From contig JBAQUG010000221.1 of NCBI GenBank assembly GCA_049297395.1, positions 3,301 to 67,300 on the forward strand: a stretch of DNA of 64,000 nt, read 5' to 3'. Positions 1 to 9,205 of the stretch are shown piece after piece. The translations under genes and the position numbers were made by a program. Numbering within the stretch: position 1 is the stretch's first letter; the number at the start of each line of letters is the position of its first letter. The notes below the pieces were generated by a model. The model had not been told where the DNA came from and ran no database searches. It worked only from the letters and a program-made list of their open reading frames with translations. Source of the DNA: Victivallales bacterium (GTDB lineage: Bacteria; Verrucomicrobiota; Lentisphaeria; Victivallales; GWF2-50-93).

Positions 1-1240
1 CTCATCCATAATGAAACTGGCGAACAGGGAAATGATTCCTGTGACACCGCGTGGTGCCGGTTCCGGACTTTCAGGCGGTGCCGTTCCAATCAAAGGGGGA
101 ATCCTCCTCTCCGTTGACAGGATGAACAGCATTCTCGAGATAGACCGGGAAAACCTAATGATAGTCGTCGAACCAGGTGTAATTGCAAATGAGATCAACG
201 AAGCTATCAGGGAGTTCGGGCTTTTCTATGCCGGATATCCCATGAGTCTTGAGACCTGTTTCATCGGGGGAAATGTTGCCGAGAACGCAGGTGGTGGCAA
301 AGCTGTAAAATATGGCGTTACTTCAAGGTATGTCCTCGGACTTGAAACCGTCATGCCGACAGGTGAAATAGTCGAATTCGGCGGAAAGCTTGTGAAGGAC
401 GTGACCGGTTATAACATGGTCCAGCTCATGATTGGTTCGGAAGGGACACTTGGTCTTTTCACCAAAATAGTTTTGAAGCTCGTACCACTTCCGAAAGCAC
501 AGGTGGATCTGCTATGCCTGTTCAAGAGTTCGGAAGAGGCAATTGCCGCAGTTCCGAAGATCATGACGACAGCTGGGATAACTCCAACATCCATCGAATA
601 CATGGACAAGGATTCAGTACAGGCGGCCTGCGAATATCTAAATGAGAACATTCCCTACAAGCAGGCCGGCGCAATGCTGCTTATCACAGTTGATGGATCC
701 GACAAGGAACAGGTCGAGAGGGATTACGAGCTTGTCGGGGAACTCTGCATCAGGGAAGGAGCAATTGAGGTTTATGTCGCCGACAATCCCACGACTTCTG
801 AAAGGATATGGAAGGTGAGGAGGAACATTCCCGAGGCGTTCAGCGTTTTTTCCAAGAGGCAGAGCGGCGAAGACATTGTCGTACCTCCTGCGTCGATCCC
901 TAAAATTGTCACCGAATTCAAAAAACTCTCTGAAAAGTTCGGGATTGTGATTCCATGTTATGGACATGCCGGAGATGGAAACCTGCACTCCAGGATATCC
1001 CCTCCTCCAGATTGGTCCGATAAGAAATGGAAGGAAACCCTCCCTCTGATTCTTGAAGAACTCTACAAAGTCACATCCAGCCTCGGCGGCAGGATTTCAG
1101 GTGAGCACGGGATAGGCCACAAGAGGAAGAAATACATGAGGACAGTCGTTTCTGAAGAATATATGAACGTGATAAAATCGATCAAGAAAGCCCTGGATCC
1201 GAATTGTATACTTAATCCGGGGAAGATCTTCGATCTATAA
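1..1240 (+). CDS. FAD-linked oxidase, GlcD / D-lactate dehydrogenase-like (5' end outside window)
   Basis: The frame is open from the window edge, with no in-frame stop before the Met at 11. The FAD-binding glycine motif PRGAGSGLSGGAVP lies only ~13 aa after that Met, but it normally sits tens of residues into these proteins, so the N-terminus is cut off. The C-terminal GEHGIGHKRKKY and LDPNCILNPGK motifs are typical of FAD-linked oxidase C-terminal domains. Confidence 0.8.
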   Translation, partial: SSIMKLANREMIPVTPRGAGSGLSGGAVPIKGGILLSVDRMNSILEIDRENLMIVVEPGVIANEINEAIREFGLFYAGYPMSLETCFIGGNVAENAGGGKAVKYGVTSRYVLGLETVMPTGEIVEFGGKLVKDVTGYNMVQLMIGSEGTLGLFTKIVLKLVPLPKAQVDLLCLFKSSEEAIAAVPKIMTTAGITPTSIEYMDKDSVQAACEYLNENIPYKQAGAMLLITVDGSDKEQVERDYELVGELCIREGAIEVYVADNPTTSERIWKVRRNIPEAFSVFSKRQSGEDIVVPPASIPKIVTEFKKLSEKFGIVIPCYGHAGDGNLHSRISPPPDWSDKKWKETLPLILEELYKVTSSLGGRISGEHGIGHKRKKYMRTVVSEEYMNVIKSIKKALDPNCILNPGKIFDL

Positions 1241-1264
1241 ATTTTTCCGGACGGAAAAATTTAT
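1237..1264 (+). terminator. AT-rich perfect palindrome overlapping the stop codon (possible bidirectional intrinsic terminator or attenuator)
   Basis: 13-nt arms ATAAATTTTTCCG / CGGAAAAATTTAT overlap the TAA stop at 1238-1240. It belongs to a sequence-related palindrome family also seen at 4739, 19544, 20677 and 29414. Confidence 0.4.
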
Positions 1265-1297
1265 TACCTTGGAAAAGTATAAATGGAGATATAGAAA

Positions 1298-2335
1298 ATG
1301 AAAGCAATGCAGTTAACTGGGATACGGCAGATGGAGATGAGGGAAGTTCCTGGCCCCGGGATAAAGAATCCGACGGATGTCCTCATAAGGATGAAGATTG
1401 TAGGAGTATGCGGATCTGATGTGCATTACTATGTCGGAGGAAAAATAGGAAGCCAGGTCGTCGAATATCCGTTTACTGTCGGACATGAAGGAGCAGGCAT
1501 CGTTGAAAAAACAGGGTCTGCCGTCAAAAATGTGAAACCCGGCGACAGGATAGCCATAGAGCCTGCCATGTCATGTTGGGTTTGTGATCAGTGCAAGGCT
1601 GGACGTCCTCACACATGCAGGAAGCTCCGTTTCCTTGGATGTCCGAAACAGGCCGATGGATGCCTTTCCGAATATCTTGTCATGCCAGCGGAATGCTGTT
1701 TCAAGATAAAGGAGTCGATGTCATTTGAGGAAGCAGCAATTTCAGAACCTCTGGCGATAGGGGTATATGCAGTCAGACAGTCAATTCCTATGAAAGGTGC
1801 GAAGATCGCAATTCTCGGTGCAGGTCCGATAGGGCTGAGCGTTCTTCTTCCGGCTAAGGCGCAAGGTGCCGAGAGAATCTATATGACAGACAAGATCGAC
1901 GGTAGGCTCCAGCTTGCGGAAAAGATGGGCGCGGACCGGACTGGTAATCCAGTCAAGGACGACATCGTAAAGACAATCACCAAGGAGGAACCTCTTCTCG
2001 TTGATGCTGTCTTTGAATGCTGTGGTCAGCAGGAGGCGTTAGAACAGGCCGTCGAAATCGTCAAGCCCGGCGGCAAGATCATGCTTATTGGCATACCCCC
2101 ATCTATGAAATACTGGTCCCTGAACGTCGATCTTGCGCGCAGGAAGGAAATCTGCATCCAGAACGTCAGACGCCAGAACCATTGCGTTCAACCGGCGCTT
2201 GACATGATAGACAGTAACTTGTTCGATGCCAATAAGATGGTGACACACAGGTTCAAGTTCGAGGACACCAAGAAAGCGTTTGATCTTGTAGCCGAGTACA
2301 AGGACGGCGTCGTAAAGGCCATGGTTGAAATATGA
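1298..2335 (+). CDS. Zn-dependent medium-chain dehydrogenase (sorbitol / L-threonine dehydrogenase-like)
   Basis: Motifs present: GVCGSDVHYY, the catalytic-Zn motif GHEGAGIVEKTG, the structural-Zn Cys cluster CWVCDQCKAGRPHTC, and the Rossmann motif GAGPIGL. Confidence 0.85.
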   Translation: MKAMQLTGIRQMEMREVPGPGIKNPTDVLIRMKIVGVCGSDVHYYVGGKIGSQVVEYPFTVGHEGAGIVEKTGSAVKNVKPGDRIAIEPAMSCWVCDQCKAGRPHTCRKLRFLGCPKQADGCLSEYLVMPAECCFKIKESMSFEEAAISEPLAIGVYAVRQSIPMKGAKIAILGAGPIGLSVLLPAKAQGAERIYMTDKIDGRLQLAEKMGADRTGNPVKDDIVKTITKEEPLLVDAVFECCGQQEALEQAVEIVKPGGKIMLIGIPPSMKYWSLNVDLARRKEICIQNVRRQNHCVQPALDMIDSNLFDANKMVTHRFKFEDTKKAFDLVAEYKDGVVKAMVEI

Positions 2336-3693
2336 AGGACATATTCAATCTTAAAGAAAAGCTGAACTCCTTCGACTTGAAGGAACGGCAGCAGGCGCTC
2401 CACCAGTTGGCGGGCATATGTTCGGGTCCGGAAAAGAAGTGCGATAATGTAAACATGCATGTTCACAGCTTCTTCTCATATAATGCAGAAGGCTGGTCCC
2501 CTGCCCGGATAGCCTGGGAGGCCTATGAAAAAGGTCTTTATGCCGCCGCCATCATAGATTTTGATGTTCTTGACGGCATGCTGGAGTTCTATGAAGCCGG
2601 AGAAGTTCTCGGCATCAGGACGAATGTTGGAATAGAAACTCGTGCTTACCTCAAGGAATATTCCGACAGGGAGATAGATTCTCCTGGAGAACCGGGTGTC
2701 AGCTATGTCGGCGGATCAGGATTCACAAGGGTGTTGCCGAAAACCTTCCTGCAGTCTGCGAAACTCGCAGAATACAGGAAGACCGCCAGGGACAGGAACA
2801 TCGCGCTCATATCCAGGATAAATCCGAATGTCCCCGAGATTGCAATTGACTATGAAAATGACGTTCTTCCGCTGAGTCCATCGGATTCAGCTACAGAACG
2901 CCATATCGTTTCCGCTTATCTCCGAAAAGCGGAAACTGTCTTCCAGGATAAACTCAGTCTAATAAATTTTCTGTCTCAAACCATAGGGAAATCTCAAAAA
3001 GAGACAGAAAATTTGCTCGCGACCAGAACTACCCTCGAAGAAGACCTCCGTGCGAAATTCGCAAAACGGGGAGGATTCGGATATGTGCAGCCTGCATCGA
3101 CGACCTTCCCAAAGGTGGAAGAATTCTTTGCATGGGTGAAATCCTGCGGCGCGATTCCGATGGAATCCTGGCTTGACGGTACAAGTGCAGGCGAATCCAA
3201 TCCGAAGGAACTTCTCGAACTTTCCGTGTCAAAGGGAGCCGCCGCATTGAACCTGATTCCCGACCGCAACTGGAACATCAAGGATCCGGAGACCAGGGAA
3301 AAGAAGATATCGAATCTCAGGGAGATCATAAAAGTCGCTGATTCAATGAATCTTCCATTGAACATCGGAACGGAAATGAACAAGAGAGGACAGCCATTCT
3401 GCGATGACTTGAACGGAACTGTCCTCAAGGAATTCAAGGGAACATTCCTAAAGGGTGCAAGGATATTGGTCGGACATTCAATCCTTGCGAGATTCGCAGA
3501 TTTCACTTATCTGGGAAGCAAGGCGGAAAATATTTTCGGAACTAGAACATCTGATAAAAACAAGTTCTTTGAATCTGTCGGGGGTCTTCCTCCGGTGACA
3601 AAATGTATCGCAGACAAGTTGAGGACTGCCGGAGAAGAAAAAGCCTACTCAATGATTTATGAGTCGTCTAGAAATGGGAAATGGATGATCTAA
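2332..3693 (+). CDS. PHP-domain-like metal-dependent phosphoesterase (weak call)
   Basis: ATGA start/stop overlap with the upstream gene. The N-terminal NMHVHSFFSYNAEGWSPARIAWEAYEKGLYAAAIIDFD resembles the HxH...D opening of PHP domains. The remaining ~380 aa are unassigned. Confidence 0.5.
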   Translation: MKDIFNLKEKLNSFDLKERQQALHQLAGICSGPEKKCDNVNMHVHSFFSYNAEGWSPARIAWEAYEKGLYAAAIIDFDVLDGMLEFYEAGEVLGIRTNVGIETRAYLKEYSDREIDSPGEPGVSYVGGSGFTRVLPKTFLQSAKLAEYRKTARDRNIALISRINPNVPEIAIDYENDVLPLSPSDSATERHIVSAYLRKAETVFQDKLSLINFLSQTIGKSQKETENLLATRTTLEEDLRAKFAKRGGFGYVQPASTTFPKVEEFFAWVKSCGAIPMESWLDGTSAGESNPKELLELSVSKGAAALNLIPDRNWNIKDPETREKKISNLREIIKVADSMNLPLNIGTEMNKRGQPFCDDLNGTVLKEFKGTFLKGARILVGHSILARFADFTYLGSKAENIFGTRTSDKNKFFESVGGLPPVTKCIADKLRTAGEEKAYSMIYESSRNGKWMI

Positions 3694-3703
3694 GGAGTTA
3701 TTA

Positions 3704-4765
3704 ATGAAAGCTGCTGTTATTAAAAAGCCGGGAATAATTGTTGTCGAAGACGTTGCGACTCCGAAGCCGGTTGACGGGGAAGTGTTGCTGAAGGTCGAGG
3801 CATGTGCTCTTTGCGGTACCGACCAGAGAGTTTTAAAAGGCGAAAAACATGTGGACGTTCCTATAGTCGGACATGAGATAACTGGAACAGTCGTTGAATC
3901 AGGCAAAGGTGTGAAAGGGATCAGGAATGGTGAGCGATATGCTGTTCAGACAGTGATCGGTTGCGGAGGATGCCCCCTTTGCAGGATTCATCAGGAAAAT
4001 CTCTGTGAAAAGGGATTCAAGGCGATAGGATACCAGTGGAACGGCGGGTTCGCTGAATACATGATCATGCCGAAGGTTGGAGTAGATCAGGGATGCCTCA
4101 TACCGATATCCAAGAAGATGTCTGCCGAAGCCGGAACCCTCATTGAACCGTTGAGCTGCTGTGTCAATGGAATGAGGTGCATACCTTTTGAGAACGGCGG
4201 ACACGTCGTCGTCTTCGGCGGTGGGATAATCGGAGTTCTGAATGCTCTCGTCGCGAAGGCTCGTGGAGCAAAGGAAGTCACAATCATGGACGTCTCGCAG
4301 GAGCGTCTGGAGCTCCACAGGAAGCTGAAGCTTCCATTCGACAATCTTGTGAATACCGCAAAGATAAATCCGGTCGAATGGGTAAAGCAGAAGACAGGCG
4401 GACGTGGAGTTGATGCTGTCGTTGTCGCGGCATCTGTGAAATCGATAGTTCCCCTCGGATTCAAGATTCTGTCAAGATCAGGGCATCTTTCGATCTTCGC
4501 AGGGATGCCGAAATCGGATCCCGTCGAACAGATAGATCTGAATCTCATCCATTATCTCGAACTGCATGTCCACGGGGCGAACAGTTCCGTACAGAAGGAT
4601 TATCTTGAAGCAAGAGATCTTATTGAATCCGGGAAAATCAATGCCGACGCGCTTGTCACTCACAAATTCGGGCTTGACGATTTCAACAAGGCTGTGGAAG
4701 TTCAGGGCAATCCTGCTTCTGGAGCCATGAAGGTAGTAATAAAATTTTCGGAGAAAATTTTATAA
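3704..4765 (+). CDS. Zn-dependent alcohol/polyol dehydrogenase (MDR family)
   Basis: An AAGGAG RBS lies just upstream. Motifs present: CALCGTDQRV, GHEITGTVVESG, the Cys cluster CGGCPLC, and the Rossmann motif GGGIIG. Confidence 0.85.
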   Translation: MKAAVIKKPGIIVVEDVATPKPVDGEVLLKVEACALCGTDQRVLKGEKHVDVPIVGHEITGTVVESGKGVKGIRNGERYAVQTVIGCGGCPLCRIHQENLCEKGFKAIGYQWNGGFAEYMIMPKVGVDQGCLIPISKKMSAEAGTLIEPLSCCVNGMRCIPFENGGHVVVFGGGIIGVLNALVAKARGAKEVTIMDVSQERLELHRKLKLPFDNLVNTAKINPVEWVKQKTGGRGVDAVVVAASVKSIVPLGFKILSRSGHLSIFAGMPKSDPVEQIDLNLIHYLELHVHGANSSVQKDYLEARDLIESGKINADALVTHKFGLDDFNKAVEVQGNPASGAMKVVIKFSEKIL

Positions 4766-4766
4766 A

Positions 4767-5477
4767 ATGAAACTATCAACGAAATACCAGAAGGAAGTGT
4801 CTTTGTTCGTAAAAGTCTGCGGAAGGCTTGCGAAGAACATGTATGTAACCGCGTTCGGTGGAAATCTCGCCTGGAAACTGGAGGATGATGTCATTCTCAT
4901 AACGCCGACACAGATGAACAAGGGCGATATAACAGATGAGGACGTTGTCTTCATAAACCGCAGGGGAGACACTATCGAGGGTAAAAGGAAGCCAACTGGT
5001 GAAAAACCGATGTACCTGAAATTTTTCGAGGACCGAACAGACATCGTGTCGGTCCTTCACTGTCATCCACCGTGTGTCTGCGCTTTTGCGATCATGAAGG
5101 GAAAGAACTATCTGATGCGGCCGTATTATCCGGAAACAACGACGGAAGTCGGTCCGGTACCGGTTGTCCCGTATGCAGAACCTCTTACCCAGCAGCTTGC
5201 CGCGAACTTCTCGCCGTTCCTGAAGAAGTACAATAGTTTCATCATGGAGAACCATGGGCTGGTGACAATGACAAGAGGAGACATCTACTGGACGCTTTTG
5301 ACGGTCGAACTTCTGGAAAGCTCGGCAAATTCCATGTTGAAAGGGATTTCCACCGGAAGTCTGAAGGAACTCGATAAGAAGGCGGTCAAAAACCTCGGGA
5401 ACGTGATGTGTACTAGGGATTTACCTCTCTTCGGCGCGCCTGGGATAAACAAATCCCTGGAGGGAATGTATTTCTGA
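4767..5477 (+). CDS. Class II aldolase/adducin-family protein (fuculose/ribulose-phosphate aldolase-like)
   Basis: Starts 1 nt after the upstream stop. Contains the HCHPP metal-His motif and the ENHGLVT motif characteristic of class II aldolases. Length of 236 aa fits the family. Confidence 0.8.
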   Translation: MKLSTKYQKEVSLFVKVCGRLAKNMYVTAFGGNLAWKLEDDVILITPTQMNKGDITDEDVVFINRRGDTIEGKRKPTGEKPMYLKFFEDRTDIVSVLHCHPPCVCAFAIMKGKNYLMRPYYPETTTEVGPVPVVPYAEPLTQQLAANFSPFLKKYNSFIMENHGLVTMTRGDIYWTLLTVELLESSANSMLKGISTGSLKELDKKAVKNLGNVMCTRDLPLFGAPGINKSLEGMYF

Positions 5478-5561
5478 TTGTGTGAACTATTCACGCAAAT
5501 CACAACAATAATGAACATCATAGTCCAAGAAGGAACCAATATATATTTTCCCAGCTCTTTG

Positions 5562-5584
5562 CCCAGACAGTGTCTGGGTTTTCT
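5562..5584 (+). terminator. Rho-independent terminator candidate for the 1298-5477 operon
   Basis: Stem CCCAGAC / GTCTGGG (5562-5568 / 5572-5578) with a 3-nt loop, followed by TTTTCT. Confidence 0.5.
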
Positions 5585-5682
5585 CCAGATGAACATTCGT
5601 TCGCATGGATACTTGATATAACGCTGCAATATTATAATAAAAAGTTAAATCATGAGTGTAAATCACTGTAATTATCTGTAAT

Positions 5683-5730
5683 TATGGTGCCAGACCCCAG
5701 GTGGGCACCCAGACCCCAGGTGGGCACCAT
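5683..5730. repeat. Left inverted-repeat arm plus a 2x 19-bp tandem repeat at the left edge of the R-M-like island
   Basis: TATGGTGCCAGACCC (5683-5697) is the exact reverse complement of 11855-11869. CAGACCCCAGGTGGGCACC is directly repeated at 5691-5709 and 5710-5728. The block opens with ATGGTGCC and closes with GGCACCAT. Confidence 0.7.
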
Positions 5731-5935
5731 GATGAGGGCATGGGAGAAACTAAGGGAGAAATAATCCGTCTCCTCCAGCAGAATCCATGGCAATGAAAAA
5801 TGAATAATCCATGAAACCCTCTTTTTTTTCTTGATAATCCCCAGCAACGCCCGTAATTTTCAAACGTGTTTGAGCGTTAAACAGAAAACCATTTAATAAT
5901 TTGCTCGCCCTCGGAAAAAAACAGATAAGGAACTG

Positions 5936-6619
5936 ATGGAAGTACAGGTTATATCGAAACAGCGGGTCGCCGATCATGGCGAGGTGTTGACCGGCAAGCG
6001 GGAAGTCAACGCCATGCTCGATTTGGTGAAGGCCCAAACTGAAGATTGGGATTCCACTTTTCTTGAACCAGCCTGCGGCACAGGCAATTTCCTTACGGAA
6101 ATCCTAACACGCAGATTGAAGCGTGTGGAGAATAAATACAAGAAAAGCCAGAGAGATTATGAACTATATGCCGTGCGTGCCGTGTCGTCCCTTTATGGGA
6201 TTGATATTCAGTCCGACAATGTTCAGGAGTGCCGTCAGCGACTTTTCGACATCTTTGATGGGTCATATACCCGCCTTTTCAAGACAAAAGCGAAAGACAA
6301 CTGCCGAGCCGCAATCAGATTCATTCTTGATCTGAATATCATCCACGGCGATGCACTTACACTCAAGACTAAAGGTGACAATCCGAAGCCAATCGTCTTT
6401 TCCCAGTGGAAACTTGTCAGCGGAAGCAAGTTCAAACGGCATGATTTTGCCTTTCACGATTTGACACCGCCTGAAGATGCGCAAGAAAACAACCTTTTTT
6501 CAGAGCAAAGAGGGATTGTTGATCGCGATGACGGGTGCAAAGGATTCATTCCTGTTTCATTAAAAGATGACTACCCCCTAACCGTCTTTTGGGAGATTGC
6601 AAATGCTTACAAGCGCTAA
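5936..6619 (+). CDS. SAM-methyltransferase-like protein with motif I only; no catalytic (N/D)PPY motif seen
   Basis: AAGGA RBS ~6 nt upstream. HGEVLT and LEPACGTGNFL (SAM-binding motif I) match gamma-class N6-adenine DNA methyltransferases. I found no NPPY/DPPY-type motif in the 227 aa. Overlaps the next ORF by 23 nt. Confidence 0.55.
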   Translation: MEVQVISKQRVADHGEVLTGKREVNAMLDLVKAQTEDWDSTFLEPACGTGNFLTEILTRRLKRVENKYKKSQRDYELYAVRAVSSLYGIDIQSDNVQECRQRLFDIFDGSYTRLFKTKAKDNCRAAIRFILDLNIIHGDALTLKTKGDNPKPIVFSQWKLVSGSKFKRHDFAFHDLTPPEDAQENNLFSEQRGIVDRDDGCKGFIPVSLKDDYPLTVFWEIANAYKR

Positions 6620-7920
6620 TTACAACCCGGACGTACTATCCTGCATTGCGAACCTGAGTAGTGACGAGGTGTTCACGCCGCCGCAACTGGTGAACCAGAT
6701 ACTGGATATGCTCCCCAAGGAAATCTGGAGCGATAAGAATGCACGGTTCCTCGATCCCGGCTGCAAGTCCGGCGTGTTCCTGCGCGAGATTGCCAAGCGC
6801 CTCGACACGGGACTGGAGAAGCAAATCCCCGACCGGCAGACGCGACTCAACCACATCTTCAAGAATCAACTGTTCGGGCTGGCCATCACGGAGTTGACCT
6901 CCCTGCTTTCACGCCGCTCTCTCTATTGCTCGAAAACCGCAAATGGGAAGTATTCAGCCTGCGAGGCCTTCGAAGATCCACAAGGCAATATTCGCTTCAA
7001 GCGGGTAGAACATACTTGGAAAAAAGGGCGATGCCTGTTTTGTGGAACAAGCCAAGAAACTCAATCCGCGTTATTTGTCCATGATCATACCATCGCGTTG
7101 GTTTGCCGGGGGTAAAGGGTTGGATGATTTTCGCGATGTGATGCTACATGACCACCATATATCCAATTTGGCTGATTATCCAATAGCCTCGGATGTTTTC
7201 CCAGGCGTCAAGGTCATTGGTGGTGTCTGTTTTTTTCTCTGGGAACGGGACTATCAGGGGCCATGTAGAGTAACGACACACATGAATGATATGGCCGACA
7301 CGATGACGCGACCTTTGGATCAGTTCGATACATTTGTGCGGTTCAACAAGGCCATTTCAATCTTGGAGAAGGTTGCTACTAGGAAATACCCCTCGATGAG
7401 TGGCCAAGTCTCCACTCAAAAACCTTTTGGATTACGAACGTTTGTTAGGCCAGAAAAGCAAGGGGACATAATGCTATTTGCGAATAAGGCTGTCGGGAAG
7501 ATCGCAAAGTCTTCCATCACCACCGGAATAGAGATGCTGAGCTTATGGAAGGTTCTGATCTCAATGGGTTATGGTGAAGGTGGCGAAGCTCGGGAATATC
7601 CAAGGATGATTACTGGGAAACCCATTGTCGCTCCCCCTCAAAGTGCATGTACGGAGACATATATTGTTATTGGGGCTTACGAAACCGAGACCGAAGCAAG
7701 ACACTTGGACGCCTATCTTCGAACAAGGTTTCTTCGCTTCTTAGTGGGACTCCGGAAGAATACTCAACACATCACAAAAGACCGTTTTTCCTTCGTTCCG
7801 GCTCTGCCCATGTCAAAAGCATGGACGGACGAGAAGCTGTACGCGCATTTTGAATTGACAAAAGACGAGATCGCCTTCATTGAAACCATAGTTCGCCCGA
7901 TGGAGGCCAGCGATGAGTAA
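6597..7920 (+). pseudogene. N6-adenine DNA methyltransferase (Mod-like), disrupted: split into two frames and missing the catalytic motif region
   Basis: The first frame (6597-7115) carries NYNPDVLSCIANLSSDEVFTPP and motif I FLDPGCKSGVFLREIAKRL and runs to ...KKGRCLFCG. At ~7041-7046 the reading continues only in another frame (7042-7920, GTG) as EQAKKLNPRYLSMIIPSRWFAGGKGLDDFR. Neither piece contains an NPPY/DPPY motif. Confidence 0.6.
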
Positions 7921-9193
7921 GGTGGCAAAGCGTAAAGTTGTAGAGGCTCCGGGTGCGCTGTTTGACCGTGTGGTCTCGATCCTGGAGCAGGCCAGGCAGA
8001 ATGTCGTTCGCGCGGTCAACACGAATATGGTGCTGACATATTGGCTGATTGGGCGTGAGATTGTGGAGGAGGTTCAGGGTGGCGAGGAGCGAGCGGAATA
8101 TGGAGAGAAGGTCATCGAAGACCTTTCGGCGCGACTGACGGAAAGGTATGGAAAGGGATTTTCCAGACCGGTCTTATGGAGTTTTAGGCAATTCTATCTG
8201 ACGTATTGCGACAGGGTTGAGATTCTCTTCCCGCCGGGAAGAGAATTAGCCAATATCGGAAAACTCTCCCCATTGGGAAGAGAATTAATCCATGGCCAAA
8301 TTCAGCACCCAGTGGGTACTAAATCATCACTCGCCCAAATTCCCCACCCAACGGGTGCGGAATTAGCACCCGTGCCAAAAAGTCACCCAGCGGGTGACGA
8401 ATTGACGCAGGGCTTTTCGCCCCAGCTCTCCTGGTCGCATTACCGTGCCCTGATGCGTGTGGAGAATCGAGATACGAGGGATTTCTACGAGCGAGAAGCC
8501 ATTGCGGGTAACTGGGACAAACGGACGCTGGAGCGGCAAATCCATTCGTACTACTACGAGCGCATTCTTAAGAGCCGGAAGCCGGAAAAGATGCTTTCCG
8601 AGGGGCGCAATCTGCCGGTTTCCGCCATTGCGGCTGTAGACGAACTGAAGAATCCTTATGTGCTGGAATTTCTTGGGTTGCCTGAGGTGGCCGCGCTTCG
8701 CGAGTCGGATTTAGAGCGTTGCATCATAACTCATTTACAGCGGTTCCTGCTCGAACTGGGAAATGGATTTGCCTTCGTTGCCCGACAGAAGCACATCCGC
8801 ATCGGAGATGACGATCGCTTTATTGATCTGGTCTTCTACCACTGCCGCCTGAAATTCTACCTGTTGATAGACTTGAAGGTGGGCGAGCTGACCCATGCGG
8901 ATGTGGGGCAGATGGATGGTTATGTTCGGATGTATGACGACCTTTTCGTTGCACCGGATGACAATCCGACCATCGGGCTGATCCTTTGCACGGAGAAAAA
9001 TGAAACGGTTGCCCGATACTCGGTGCTGAAGGATCGCAAGCAGATTTTCGCCTCCAAATACATGCTCTGCCTGCCGACGGAGGAGCAGCTTCGCATGGAA
9101 ATCGAAAAAGAGCGTAAGCTGATCGACGCGGCCTCAGAGGAAGATCATCCGCAGGGTAGCGCAGATAAAATCGAAAAAAACATCTGCGGATAA
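7913..9193 (+). CDS. YhcG/DUF1016-family PD-(D/E)xK nuclease-like protein
   Basis: Overlaps the upstream ORF by 8 nt. N-terminal LFDRVVSILEQARQNVVRAVNTNMVLTYWLIGREIVE and LSWSHYRALMRV, plus the C-terminal core FAFVARQKHIRIGDDDRFIDLVFYH...LIDLKVGELTHADVGQMDGYV, fit the DUF1016 family as I remember it. Confidence 0.75.
   Translation: MSKVAKRKVVEAPGALFDRVVSILEQARQNVVRAVNTNMVLTYWLIGREIVEEVQGGEERAEYGEKVIEDLSARLTERYGKGFSRPVLWSFRQFYLTYCDRVEILFPPGRELANIGKLSPLGRELIHGQIQHPVGTKSSLAQIPHPTGAELAPVPKSHPAGDELTQGFSPQLSWSHYRALMRVENRDTRDFYEREAIAGNWDKRTLERQIHSYYYERILKSRKPEKMLSEGRNLPVSAIAAVDELKNPYVLEFLGLPEVAALRESDLERCIITHLQRFLLELGNGFAFVARQKHIRIGDDDRFIDLVFYHCRLKFYLLIDLKVGELTHADVGQMDGYVRMYDDLFVAPDDNPTIGLILCTEKNETVARYSVLKDRKQIFASKYMLCLPTEEQLRMEIEKERKLIDAASEEDHPQGSADKIEKNICG
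8228..8422 (+). repeat. Five degenerate in-frame 39-bp (13-codon) tandem repeats inside the DUF1016 gene
   Basis: Repeat units start at 8228, 8267, 8306, 8345 and 8384. GGGAAGAGAATTA occurs at 8236 and 8275. CACCCANNGGGT occurs at 8306, 8345 and 8384, always 39 nt apart. The encoded peptides are FPPGRELANIGKL / SPLGRELIHGQIQ / HPVGTKSSLAQIP / HPTGAELAPVPKS / HPAGDELTQGFSP. Confidence 0.7.
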
Positions 9194-9205
9194 AAAGGAA
9201 ATACG

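Noticed and set aside
5650-6037. Two small minus-strand ORFs (65 and 95 aa) in the island's left border.
   Set aside because: They cover the tandem 19-mers, a T-run and the start of the plus-strand MTase-like gene. They have no RBS and no recognisable motifs.
7042-7115. The 74-nt overlap of the two methyltransferase ORFs, considered as a programmed ribosomal frameshift.
   Set aside because: There is no slippery heptamer or downstream structure at the junction. The catalytic motif region is missing altogether, so even a frameshifted product would lack motif IV.
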